NCBI GenBank assembly: GCA_021432655.1
Contig: MU271284.1
Location: 62,001 to 103,380, forward strand
DNA length: 41,380 nt
From: Atractiella rhizophila
Taxonomy: Eukaryota
Direction of reading: 5' to 3'
Shown: positions 24,150-36,263 of the stretch, in pieces
Position numbering within the stretch: position 1 is the stretch's first letter
Layout: every line of letters starts with the position of its first letter
Made by a program: the position numbers and the translations under genes
The notes under the pieces: generated by a model
Databases searched by the model: none
What the model was told of the DNA's origin: nothing
Seen by the model: the letters and a program-made list of their open reading frames with translations, nothing else

Positions 24150-24594
24150 TCAGTGTCGAGCGTAAGGAAGCAGCCTCTTCAACTTCCAAATCTCGTATCC
24201 CTTCGCATAAACCCTCTCTCCCAGTCTATTCAAGCTCGCAGGACTCTTCTTGCTCGTCTTATGTCTCTTTCCCGCCCTCATCTACGCCCAAAAGCCTCAA
24301 CACGCACCCTGGCAGGACCAAGAAGGGGGAGAGACGCACACGCTTGAATTGGCCATTAGCAACGACGATGAACCGCTTCGCGGCTCCCTTGTGCGTCTTC
24401 AGCTTGTACTTTGTCGGCTTCCGGAGGAGGAAGGCGGGCGAAGAGACGGAGAATGCGCGTGCGCTGTGTGGCAGGGAGAAGGCGGCGGAGAGCGGGAGGG
24501 AGAGGGTGCGGAGGGAGAGGGACGGCAGGAGGGACGGCCGTAATGCGCTGCTGAGGCAACGCGCCGTCGAGGAAAGGCGAAGGAGAGGTAACAT
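24150..24594 (-). CDS. Mitochondrial ribosomal protein bL35m (2 exons)
   Basis: Presequence followed by KLKTHKGAAKRF..NGQFKR|MRAGKRH..LNRL..KLKRLLPY. Confidence 0.88.
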
Positions 24595-24683
24595 GGTCGT
24601 TTTTTGTGAACTAGAAAGAGACTAGAGCGGGTAGTGACAGCCTTCTCGAAGGCCGATGCCGATGCGGATGCTGGTGAGCAAGG

Positions 24684-25434
24684 ATGTCGTTCAACAAGCC
24701 AAAGTATCAGTTCGAGACCGCCGATGAGATTGCGGGCATTTTGAAAGACCCGGAGAAGAGGAATGGGGTCGATTATGCCATTGTCGATGTGCGAGGTGAG
24801 CTTTCCCTCCTTCCTTTACATCCCAAACGTTCACTAAATATCCGCGCAACAGATGATGATTACATTGTACGCGGCTCTGAGTTCTTGCGAAAGATGTTGA
24901 AGGAGAAGTAAGGGGGGCAACATTCCGGGCTGCAAACACGTCCCTTCGATCGAGATCAAGGAGAGAATTGCTGATCTGACACAATCCCTCACAGATGGTT
25001 CGTTTTTTGCCCATATCCTATATAACACTTGTTGATAGTTACTGTTACAGTTCCGCTGGTTGTTGTTTGTCCTCTCATTGCCATTGCCTTGTGTGTCATA
25101 ATTGACGCTGATTGCTCTGTTGGCTCAAGTTCCACTGCGCTCTCTCCCGTCCGTGTCTTCTTCTTTCATCCTCCAAACGAAGCTTTGAGGCTTCTGAATG
25201 GTGACAGAGCAGCGCGGACCCAACGCCGCCCTCTTCTACGCCAACCAGCTTCCTCCGGAGTCTGAACAGAGGGTCGTGGTGCTGAGACATGGCTTTACTG
25301 GATGGCAGGCCAAATTCAAGGTGAGCCTTCTCACCATCAGACATCGTACTTTGTGCAGGATATTTTGGCACTCATTGTGATTGCAGGATGACCCAAAGTT
25401 GGTGGAGAACTATGATGCTAGATTTTGGACTTGA
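24684..25434 (+). CDS. Cdc25-like rhodanese phosphatase/arsenate reductase (Ibp1/Ych1/Acr2 family; 7 exons, three of 14-19 nt)
   Basis: IVDVRDDDYIGGNIPG, active site FHCALSQQRGP and VLRHGFTGW. Confidence 0.87.
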
Positions 25435-25519
25435 CCGTGACGAATTCAGTCATAGAGTGTAAGGAGCAAGACAATACCCGATGAAATGTTAGAAATGTAC
25501 ATTGCATGCAGCACTGATT

Positions 25520-27326
25520 TTACCCAAAAACATCATCCACCTCCATCGCCCTCTTTTCCGCCTTCTCCAACTCCTCCTCTCTTTCCCTCCTCTCCTTCTC
25601 CTCCATTTTCATTTTATACCTCCAACGCATCACTCAGCTCTGTCCATCCAAGAATAAACCAAAAAAACTCACAAAGCAGAATTCGGGTCCTTCTCCGGAT
25701 TCATACACAACCTCAACTGCTTATCCACCGCTCTAACCGTCTCCAACTCCACCTTCCTCTCCTCCTGCTCCCTAATGCATCGTCCAATCTCCTCCAACAG
25801 AAGCTTCATCTCCTCGTTCCCCATTTCGACGTCTCCGTTCTGTGGCTTCAGCTCCTCTTTCGCCGCTAGCCATCTCCACGCCTCCTCCGGATCCACGAGG
25901 ACGAAGGCGGCGAGCGCGATCTGGGAAGGGGAGTAGAGGAACTCTAGATCTGTCAATCTCGCATGGGCCAGCAGGGCCTGAACATCCGTGAGGCTTTCAT
26001 GGAGTTTCGACGCTCTCGTCGGGTCAAGATCGAGGGACTACACCGAACGAGAACGAGAACGCGAATGACGGTTGTCAGGGGTGAGACAGAGAGGAGAGAT
26101 GAGGGAGAGACGAACCTGCATGTCGAGGAAGAGACCGTAGGCGGCGGTGTGGGCATGGTGCACTTTGAATTGGAATCCGAGGGATTGACAGATTACGAAT
26201 TCGAGCTTGAGGATCTGGAGGAGCGAATGCTTAGCCCTGCACGCAGAGGGTAGATGTTTAGCCAGTTTGGTCTAGATTTTTAAGAAACTTCTCTAGAAAC
26301 GTCTCTCTGCCGTCGTGAACTGTTGCGCTTGAGCACCAATAAGGTAGTGATCGTGTGCAACATCTCGAATGCTTCAAATGGATTGTTTTTTTGAAACGCA
26401 GTCGATGAAGGAGACTCCGTTGATTGGAAACAAACGTGGGGCAGCATCCACCACATGAGCTCGTTCTTCCACCCATTTTTTGATGCGAGAATAACGATTC
26501 TTTCAGTCCGTGTGCTGCTTGTCTTTCAGTTCAGAGACCATAACCATTCTAGTGCATGCACGGTTCCAAAGCTCACAAGTACAAGTCAGTCTCTCTGCCG
26601 AAGCATAAGGAGTAAACACGATATCACTTCTGCATAATGTGAGATGTATTAAATAGCATGTAATAAGACATAGATTTTAGCACATCCATCATGCCAGGCT
26701 GCCTTAACCATTTTGTACTCAACTCAGAACTGATTAGAATCAACCAGCTCGCAATTTCGACGTTCGCCAGTCAGAACGCGTTCAACATCTGCATTCTGGA
26801 TTTCTATTACACGTCCAACAGCCACCACATATTCTGGTGCGGCTGACGATGCCCTCGTACAAAGACGACAAAACAGCAAAAGACTTACCTCTTCCCGATC
26901 AGCTCTAACCATGTCCGCAAATTTATCCGCCTCCACTATCCAATTCTCCGTCTTGGTGCTCAACCAGAGACACGTCAACATGATATTCTTAGGATGATAA
27001 TCCATCGCCGTGTTCCTCAAATAAAACCGCTTCACATAACTGACCGCCGTCGCCTCCACAGTCTCTGGAAAGTTGAGGGCGTTGCTAATTTCTCGTATTT
27101 TAGACAGATAGAACGTTTGGAGGAGCAACAGCTCGTGAGGAGGCGGAGGATTGAAGGATATGGAGGAGGAGCCGCTGGAGAGGGAGGATTCGAGACGCAT
27201 TGCGTTCGAGATGCGCGTCACGGCAGACGCGTGCGTTTCTTCCCGCGCCTTCTGCAGAGAGGGTGGCGTGAATCGCCAGTGCAGGTACTGGCTGGACAGC
27301 TCGTAAGTCGCGATTGGCATTGGCAT
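25520..27326 (-). CDS. CCL1: Cyclin H (TFIIH/CAK cyclin, Ccl1/Mcs2); 674-nt first intron 26215-26888
   Basis: YELSSQYLHWRF, TAVSYVKRFYL, YHPKNIMLTCLWLSTKTEN, LEFVICQSLGFQFKVHH and TDLEFLYSPSQIALAA. Confidence 0.9.
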
Positions 27327-27501
27327 CGTCGTTTCATTCTAGCTGTACTTTGACAGCGTTGCCGGAGTCCGATACGGCCACTGCTGCATTTTCCGGCCAT
27401 CTCAAAAATTCCTGATTGAAAGGGAAGAAATCGACAACAACGAGGTTCTACGTCTCTCCCTTCCAAAAGCTTCACGCCACCCAACCACCACAGTCACTCA
27501 C

Positions 27502-29744
27502 ATGCCTCCCTCAGCATCTAAACAAAAGCGCCTGGCAGAAAAGGTGAGTCTTCCCGAGTTCCATCTTCATCAGTGCCTCGTAGCTGATCGCTCGTTTCTG
27601 TGTACAGGCTGCAAAGGCAGCTTCCAAAGGAGTGAAGGAGAATGGCTCTACCTCCGCTCCATCCACCAACGGAACCTCCACCCCGATCGCAGCTTCCAGT
27701 CGGACGTCGATGGATGGCTTGGACGAGATGAGCAAGCTCAAATTGGCCACCGATCGCTCAGGCAGCGGCGTCTTGACGAGCGACCCTCAGAGTAGGGATA
27801 TTCAGATGGAGAGTTACACGCTTTCTTTCCACGGAAGATTGTTAATCGAGAACGCGAGCATCGCGCTCAATTACGGACAGAGGTAAGTTTTTCGCTGCAT
27901 GATTTGGGAAGGGAAGAGTGATGCGAACTCGTGTTTAGGTATGGGCTGTTGGGAGAGAATGGGTCTGGAAAGGTGCGCCTTGTTTTCCGGGTGGGCGAGA
28001 GGACTGGAATGCTGATTTACATCGTCGAAATAGACCACTTTCCTCCGCTCACTCGCTGAGCGAGACGTCGAGATTCCTTCGCACATTGATGTCTATCTCG
28101 TCGCCGGCGAGGTCGAGCCTTCGGATGTGAACGCGTTAGATTTCATCGTGAACTCGGCTCGAGAAAAGGTGGACCGGTTAGAGAAGGAATTGGAGGAGAT
28201 GATGACTTCTGAATTCCCGGACGATGCCTTGATTCAACAGAAGACGGATGAATTGGAAGAGCTCGATCCTTCCACTTTCGAGAGCAAGGCTTCTTCCATC
28301 CTTCACGGTCTCGGTTTCACGGCTCAGACAATGTTGAAGAGGACGAGGGATATGTCTGGTGGTTGGAGGATGCGTGTTGCTCTCGCAAGGGCCCTCTTCA
28401 TCCGTCCTCACCTTTCTTCTCCTCGACGAGCCCACCAATCACTTGGATCTGGAGGCTGTCGTGTGGCTCGAAGCCTATCTCAGCACTTACAGTCACATCC
28501 TTGTCATCACCTCTCACTCTGCCGATTTCATGGATTCAATTTGCACAAATATCATGGACCTCAATCACCAACGTCGTTTGACCTACTACGGAGGAAATTA
28601 CTCAGCATACGTGAAGACAAAGACGGAAAACGAAGTCAATCAGATGAAGGCGTACCAAAAGCAGCAGGATGAGGTTTGCCTTTCCATCCTCCCAATCCTC
28701 ACATCGGTGGCTGATAGAGATTGATAACAGATTGCACACATCAAGAAGTTCATCGCTTCCGCTGGTACCTACGCGAACTTGGTGAAGCAAGCAAAATCGA
28801 AACAGAAGATCATCGACAAAATGGAAGCCGCAGGTCTCATCGAGCCCGTCTTTGTTCCTAAACCTCTCCGGTTCAACTTTGACGACATTCGAAAGATGCC
28901 TCCTCCCATCATCGCTTTCAATGATGTCGCATTTTCCTATTCGGGCAAGAAGGAGGATTTCTTGTATCAAGATCCTTTCCTTCGGTGTCGATATGGACTC
29001 GCGTGTGGCTATTGTTGGACAGAACGGAACGGGAAAATCTACTCTCCTCAATCTCATCACTGGGGACTTGATGCCAGTCAAGGGAAGCGTATCCCGCCAC
29101 TCAGGTCTCAAACTTGGTACGTCCAACTTCTCTTTTCCATGTCGATGCTAATGATTGACATCCTGGTCCATGTAGCCAAATACTCTCAGCACTCCGCGGA
29201 CCAGTTACCGTACGACAAATCCCCTCTGGAGCACTTCGAGTCCACATACAAGCAACGTTTCCCCGAACGAGACACTCAAGCCTGGCGCGCTCAGCTTGGT
29301 CGTTTCGGTCTTTCAGGCGCACATCAAACTGCCGCCATCCGCACGCTCTCTGACGGATTGCGGAATCGAGTCGTCTTCTCCCAACTGGCAATGGAGCAAC
29401 CTCACGTCCTGCTCCTCGACGAACCTACGAACCATCTTGATATGGGTTCGATCGACGCTCTTGCGCGAGCGATCAAGGAGTATGAGGGAGGAGTCGTCAT
29501 TGTTTCTCACGATTTCAGACTCATCAGTCAGGTCGCGGAGGAATTGTGGGAGGTTAAGGATAAGAAGATTGTCAATCTCACGAAGCAGGATATCAATATT
29601 CAGCAGTACAAGAAGATCCTGTCGGATCGGTCGCAAAAGTTCGTTTTTCCTTACGTTCTTTCTGACAATGGGTATTGATGAAGGAATAGGCAAATCGAAA
29701 AGGCCAAATTGGTTTCGAAGGCTGCGAAATCTAACAAGGTCTAG
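27502..29744 (+). CDS. ARB1: ABC-F ATPase Arb1/ABCF2 (two apparent +1 frameshifts at about 28413 and 28974)
   Basis: [80 protein letters not shown] and [11 protein letters not shown]. Confidence 0.93.
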
Positions 29745-30169
29745 ATCTGTTAGGACTGATCACTCTTCTTGCTTGGATTGATTGACTGTGTGAATTGAAT
29801 GCATCATGATTTGATATGATTTGATGATATAGACTGCTCCCTTATCATTCTTTCGCTCTGTCCTTATCACGTTCTATCTGTCCTTATCCGTCTCGTTACT
29901 GCCATCATCATGATCATTCTCATCGTAGATAGTTCATTCAACTCTTGTTTGATTGATTGAAGCAGCAAGATCATGAAATGTTAGACATGTGTACAACCAT
30001 TTCGTCTATCGCCTACTCGTGCTCTGTTCAAAGCTTTGCCGGTGTTGGAAGGAGGATGAGGTGGGACAAGGCCGCTAGAATTTGAGAGCAGTGTGCTGAT
30101 CAATTATGGACATGAAATTAAGACTCTAATCTCTTTCATTTGATGTTGCCCGATCACACGACACACAAT

Positions 30170-31043
30170 AGGTCCACCATGGGGAGAGTTTAGCCGTCTG
30201 AGAGACAGCGGAACTGTACTGGCAATTGTTGATGAGTTAGCTAGAATGGTGGAGTGTGCAGACGGAGAAGACGAGAGTCGACCCAATTACGGTAGAATGG
30301 GAGAGTGTTGTTTGGTGGATGGGGTTCTTGGACAAGAAGCATGTTGTAGAGAAGTCAGTGGGAGTTTATACAAACAGGCGATTTCTGGGTGTTTTCTTGC
30401 AACACCCATAACAGGGACGGAGGATGAGGAGGGTTCAAATGGATTCGGTGTGACCTAAACGACCAACCCAAGAAACGGTTACACAATGTAGGTCAAAAGA
30501 AGACCTCTGGTCTGCAAACTTCGTGCTGATAGAATTTCACAGGACTTACCGAATGGTCACGGAGACGCACACTGATGGTGAGAGATGACCATCCACCTTC
30601 GCTGGATCCACACTCCCCTCCATCGCTCGCACAGAAAAGTCCAAGACGTCTCAAATTTGATCCGCTAGTGGAACCTCCTTACGGTCTTGGCTGGGTGCTT
30701 GATGGTGAAATTTTCAAAACTCTTCAATAAACGAAGTCGGCACATCCTGATCTCAAAACTTGCTGACAGATGGGTGGAAAACAACATGTAAGATCATTAC
30801 ACATGGACTGTCACATGGAATGCTAACTTGGGTCAAAGGCACAAGCAGCAAATGTTCAACCATTCCTACGTCCGCCGCAACGGTAGTCGAGAGATGGTTT
30901 TGAAGATTGCGGACAACAAAACTCAGGAATCCCTTGATAGAGGGACAAATGAAGATTATATCAAGGATGTGCAGAAGCTCTATGGTATTGGGGAGGAGCA
31001 TCGCCCCAGGTGGTATCGTCTGGATATATTGCCTGACATATGA
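30170..31043 (+). CDS. Lineage-specific hypothetical protein or degraded gene (only the 3' exon is convincing)
   Basis: Coding-like terminal segment VLKIADNKTQESLDRGTNEDYIKDVQKLYGIGEEHRPRWYRL. Upstream exons could not be joined cleanly. Confidence 0.3.
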
Positions 31044-31675
31044 TCAATCCACGAAATTGCGCGGAGCATTCTGATTCATTGGTAAACCTGAGCCGAGATA
31101 TACTCAGTTATCAACAACATTATTGTAGCATCTGAACTTTGAACTTCTTTTGAATCAAGGTTTTCCTCCCTGTTTTCCTTATATTTATTATTGGTCGCCA
31201 AAGCAATTCCTTCATATATTCCTACCACTGAACTGATAACTAGCTTTGTCCACGCGTTCTGCTTAGGGATTCTGGCTTTTCTTTTGTACTCAAGTGTTGT
31301 GCCGCCTCTTACCAAAATGATTCTCTCAGGTGCTTTTCTTTGGCACTTTCTTTGTACCAAGGAAATAGTTCCCCTTCAGCCCTTCTTCTTGTGTGTGTCT
31401 ATATTACAATCAATGACCACACTTATCGTTTGGGAAGTTGCCGAGAATCATTCTATATCAGCACTCATATTTCCAACGTCCTTTACTCATGCCGTCTTCT
31501 GGATGACGGTGGAGATGTCAGCAAAACGATTTGACTTACTGCACCAGTTCCACTGACTCCTTTTCCTTCTGCGTCGAAGTGGGAACAAGCCAAAATGTAA
31601 GTTCTGCTGCTTCTCTAATTAAACCTCCATTTGCAGAGCGAAGACCTTTGTAAATATGCAACAAAAGGGCTGCTT

Positions 31676-33649
31676 TCACTCTTCAGCTAAAGCAGTTCGA
31701 AGCCACAGATCCAACCTATGTCCTTTCTCTGTCGCCGCCCATCGCTTCTCCACCCAACCGCCTTTCAGCTCCAACGTCCAAACGGCCACGCTCAAACCTT
31801 GCTCGCCGCTCGTGACTTTCACTCGCGCTCCATCTCTTCTCGCCTCTCCAAGTTTATCCACCTTCCAATCCTTCCCGCTCCCTCCATCTCCATCTCCGCC
31901 GCCACCACCTCCACCTTCTGAGTGTATCAATCCGTCTGCGACAGCGCGAGCGATTTGAGAGTGGATCTCGTCGTATCGCACTGTCGAAGAAGGCGAGAGA
32001 CGGACTAGGATCGTCCGGCCATACACTGTGAGTAGGATATGACCTCCTATTCCGCCGATGCCTTTTGCTGCTGCTCCACTTTGTTCTTCCTTTCCTATCA
32101 CGCTAGCTACACCGACTAGAGAAGAAGAGGAAAAATCGAAAGGTGTGATCGAGTAGGAGGTGCTTCCTTCCAGAAGATGGGGTAGGAGGTGGTGTTTATG
32201 GAAGTTCGAGAGGCGGGTGTGAGTGGAGCGGAGGAGAGAGATGTAGGAGAGGAGGGATAAGAGGGGCGAGAGGAGAGATTCCGCCTTTTCTTTCCCGCCC
32301 AGTTTGCTTAGAGGGTTGAGTGGCAAGGAGGGCAGTGGTTTGGTGCTAGAAGAAGAGCTGTTGGCCGAGTTTATTGCAAAGGAGAGAAAGGTGTGGATCA
32401 GATGCGCGGCGATGAGGGTAGCATAAGCTGAGAGGGTAGGGTCTAGCTCGACTTCCTCCTCTTGGGGTTTGGAAGAGTAAGAGATGTCGAGCACAGCTCC
32501 ACTGGGTAGAGCGAGGGAGAACGACTCTTCCCCGCGCCGCTCAACGCGTTCCATCGACCTCGCGTCCTTCTGGACCTTTTCGCCCACCCACCCAAATCTT
32601 AATACCTACTGATCTTGAAGATGAAAGAAGAGAAGACTGACTGCCTCCCACATCGCTTTTTCGCAAGCTCTCCATCTTTCTTGCTCCCACTTCGCTTCTC
32701 CCTCTTCATCCTGCGAACTAGATGGCCGTTCCCAAACCCCTCTCCTTCCTTCCACACCCTTCAAACCGATCCTCAACTTCTTCTTTTCCTCCCCTTCTCC
32801 TCCTCCTGCACTACTACTAGATCCGACATCAACAACAACTTGCACGCCTCCAGCAGGATTGACGCCAAAACCAGCACCGGTTCCCCTCTCCTTCCTTCCC
32901 AAATCGTCCCTCCGGATCGTCCAACCCTCACTCCTGGCACCAATCCACTCCTTCCACTCCTTCTCCGCCCCATCCAAAGCCGTCTTGATCTGATTCTCCG
33001 CCGCAAAGAAAACTTGAGCAGCCTCCGCAATGTCCCTCCTCTTCCTCCCGAGCGCGACGGCGGACAACTCGAGCGATTCGTACTCCGTGCTCGGCGGATG
33101 GAGCACGCGGGTTGGGTGGAGGGAACCGGAGGGTAGAGGGAGAGAGGAGGGGTCTAAGTAGGTCGATGGGTCTGTGGGGTCGTCCAATGGGTGGAAGAGG
33201 AGGTTGAGGGTGGTGAGTGCGGCTGAAAGCGCGTTTTGGGCCTTTCTGCTCTCCACCGATCGTTGTGAGCTTCAATCGCCACCCTTCCCATGCCAAAGAA
33301 AGAAAGGGAGAGAAGGGGGAGGGACGGACGCGAGTTCGATCCAAGCTTTTTCCTGCACTCCTTCCAGTTCTGCCCTTCCGATCTCCCTCGTCCTCTTCCG
33401 TTTGCCTTCTCCTTCCTTCCCTTCCTCCTCCTCTCCTCCCTCCGTCATAGCTTGAACCTTCTCAACTGTGAGCGAGCCAAAGTCTCCGCCATTGAGATCC
33501 CAGAGTTGAGGTAGAAGTGTGGAAAGTGCTTTGGAGGGGTCGGAGGAGGGAGATGAGGAGCGGTAGATGGGTTGGGAGGTTTGGGGAGAGATATCCCAGT
33601 ATTTGAGACCGCCATTTTCTGGTTCAGGTTGGAGGGAGAGGAGGGACAT
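31676..33649 (-). CDS. MED17: Probable Mediator subunit 17 (Srb4), 3 exons
   Basis: Three long minus-strand ORFs are joinable by short introns. The N-terminal pattern LSTLLPQLW..GDF / acidic stretch / ELAKAQNALSAALTTLNLL and FFAAENQI..EWKEW..EGWTI resembles fungal Med17. Confidence 0.55.
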
Positions 33650-34533
33650 GGTCGTTTTTTGCTGCAAAAGTTGGTTACAACGCTCATAATAAACATCTTC
33701 GATCGTCCCATCAGGGTCACAATGAGGGAGAGAAATGGGTGGCGCACCTAATATACATGGATACAAACATCACAGTCACTTTGAACTCGACCCCAACCCT
33801 TCCTGAACGACAGGCACCTTCTCCTCTCTGCCAGCACCATGCACATCCCTCCACCCTTCCCAGAGCCTCCAAACGCCCTCCGCCGAGTCTACCACCTTAC
33901 AAGCTACCTCGATCTCTCTACTGAGCGCATTCATTTTCACAGAAATCGAATTGAAGTTCTGTCCCACCCCCCATCATGCTCCCGTTAGCTGGACTCTGTT
34001 TCACAAGGAGAATTTATGCACCTGCGAAATGGAGGAGAGTAGGCGGGCACGCTCTGCTTCGAACTCAGGGGAGGGGACATCCATTCTTAAACCTCAAGGA
34101 CTCGCTTGGCCGGTGTGGGAGTATCAACAAATTGTCGAAGATTGGATCATAAAGCGCGTTTTTGGGAATGCGAACACGTGACATGCAGTACGGCATGTCG
34201 ATTCCTAATGATTGCTTGTCGCGCTGCTGCTACGCATTATTTCCTCTCGCGTTTCTTTCGCGTGTTATGATAGCGCACGATAGTGAGCCAAGCCGTGATA
34301 ATGTCATGTTGAGATGTAATTAGCACGTGATCGTGATGATTGGAAATTGATTGGTATTTAGTTGAGGGACTGTCGCATTGCAGCTCAAATTGCTATCGTC
34401 CAGAGCAGTGTCTAAGACACTGCCAGAAGAAAGATACAAATTTATTGGATGTAGGTATTTTACTTCTCTGGGTAACCATTGTCTCATTGCATCGAACAAC
34501 AGAGCAGACCGTTTTTGTTGACAGGTGCATAAA

Positions 34534-36128
34534 ATGTGGTTCAAGAAGAAAAAGTACACACCTACGCTGGTCATCCATGGAGGAGCAGGATCAGTGAATA
34601 GGGCCAAGTGACGCCTTTCGGCACGACGATAAGGCCACCCACTGACTTCATGGCTGCATAGTTATCCCCCAGAGAGGCAGGCGGCGTACCGTCAAGCTTT
34701 GAAAGGCGCTTTGAATGCCGGCACGGAGGTGTTGAAAGGAGGAGGGAGTGCTTTGGATGCTGTAGAGAAGGCGGTTATGTTTATGGAAGGTAAGCACTTC
34801 TTTCCGAACGAGTGACGACGCCTGCCAGTGCTGATCAAATGCATATAATTCAGACTGTCCACTGTTCAACTGTGCTCGGGGTAGGCCGCTCTCCTTACAC
34901 TGTCTCGTATTTCTTATCATTACAGCTGTTGACATGGTACGCAGGAGCGGTCTACAACGTCGAAGGGAAACAAGAGCTCGAAGCGTCCATCATGTGCTCC
35001 TCACCTCCACCCGGATCCTCTGGCACCATCCCTGTCTCCCGTCGCGGGGCATCTATCACTCTGCTCACCCACGTCAAGAATCCAATAGCGCTCGCCAAAG
35101 CTCTCTACCTCGACCCAGTCGCCAACCCGCACTTCTTCCTCAGCGGTCCAGACGCTGAACGGATAGCAGAGGAGAAAGGGTTCGAATTGAGGAATGCCGA
35201 TTATTTCTACACCGAGTATGTCTTCTTCTTCCTTCATTTTGTTTTATTTCTTCTTGTAGTGGATGGAAGCTGTTTCACTCATCTGTTGCTGAAAGGACGA
35301 GGTGGAAGGAGCATTTGAGAGGACTAGGTCTTGACGAAAACATCCCTTACCCGGGACATGATAAGAATCCGTTTGAGGACGAGAAGGCATATATCGATCA
35401 CGAGATGGTGATGGAGAAAGGGGATCCGTATTCGACCATCTGGGACGATCTGCCCAAAGGTACAGTTGGCGCTGTTGCACTGGACGGCAAGGGAGACGTC
35501 GCATGTGCTACCAGCACCGGAGGGAAGACGAACAAGAATGTGTGTCCTTTTTCATCCTCTCATCCAACTTGTTCCATCCAATAAGTCAAGTTGAGTTATG
35601 TGTTACATTCGCTGAACCAACGGAGGGCAGGTTGGGCGCATTGGTGACACTCCCCATTGCGGTTCCGGCTTCTTCGCCTCGACATGGAAGCGCTCATCCA
35701 CTTCTCTCCTTCCCGACCGTCTCTTCGGCTTCATGCTTCGGAGAGGGAGGGGCAAGAGGTGGCGGTCTGTCGCGCTTTCGGGGACGGGTGATGGTGACTA
35801 CTTCATCCGTCAGAACACCTGTCATGAGATAGAAGCCCGGATGAGGCTTCAGAACCAATCTCTGAGGAGGGCGGCGGAGGCGGTTGTCGCTGAACTTAAG
35901 TTTATGGGCGGGAGTGGAGGAGTGATTGGAATAGATAGGAAGGGAAGAGGTCAGTCTGGCTCCCCTTCATTTCCATCTCTTTTTCTCGATGCTCGCAGAT
36001 GTTGTAGGCTGATTGGCACCACAGAATGCTTTGCTATCAATTCTACGGGCATGTTTCGAGGAGTCCAAAAGGCTGACGGGTCAAAAGCCAAGGTTGCAAT
36101 CTTTGCTGAGGAGGAAGTAACGGAATGA
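34534..36128 (+). CDS. Type-2 (Ntn-hydrolase) L-asparaginase/isoaspartyl peptidase
   Basis: TLVIHGGAG, SALDAVEKAV, EDCPLFNCARGAV, ELEASIM, nucleophile motif GTVGAVALD, TSTGG, GRIGDTP and SGTGDGDYFIR. Confidence 0.92.
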
Positions 36129-36263
36129 GCGACATTGCTGTCAACTTGTACTAACAGCTTGGGTTCAACTCATTCAATGTTCCAATGTTCATGACGATCA
36201 ACAAGCAACATCCAAACCGAAGGTGTGCGGAAGAAAGGACGGATACATTACTCAAAGTGCAAA

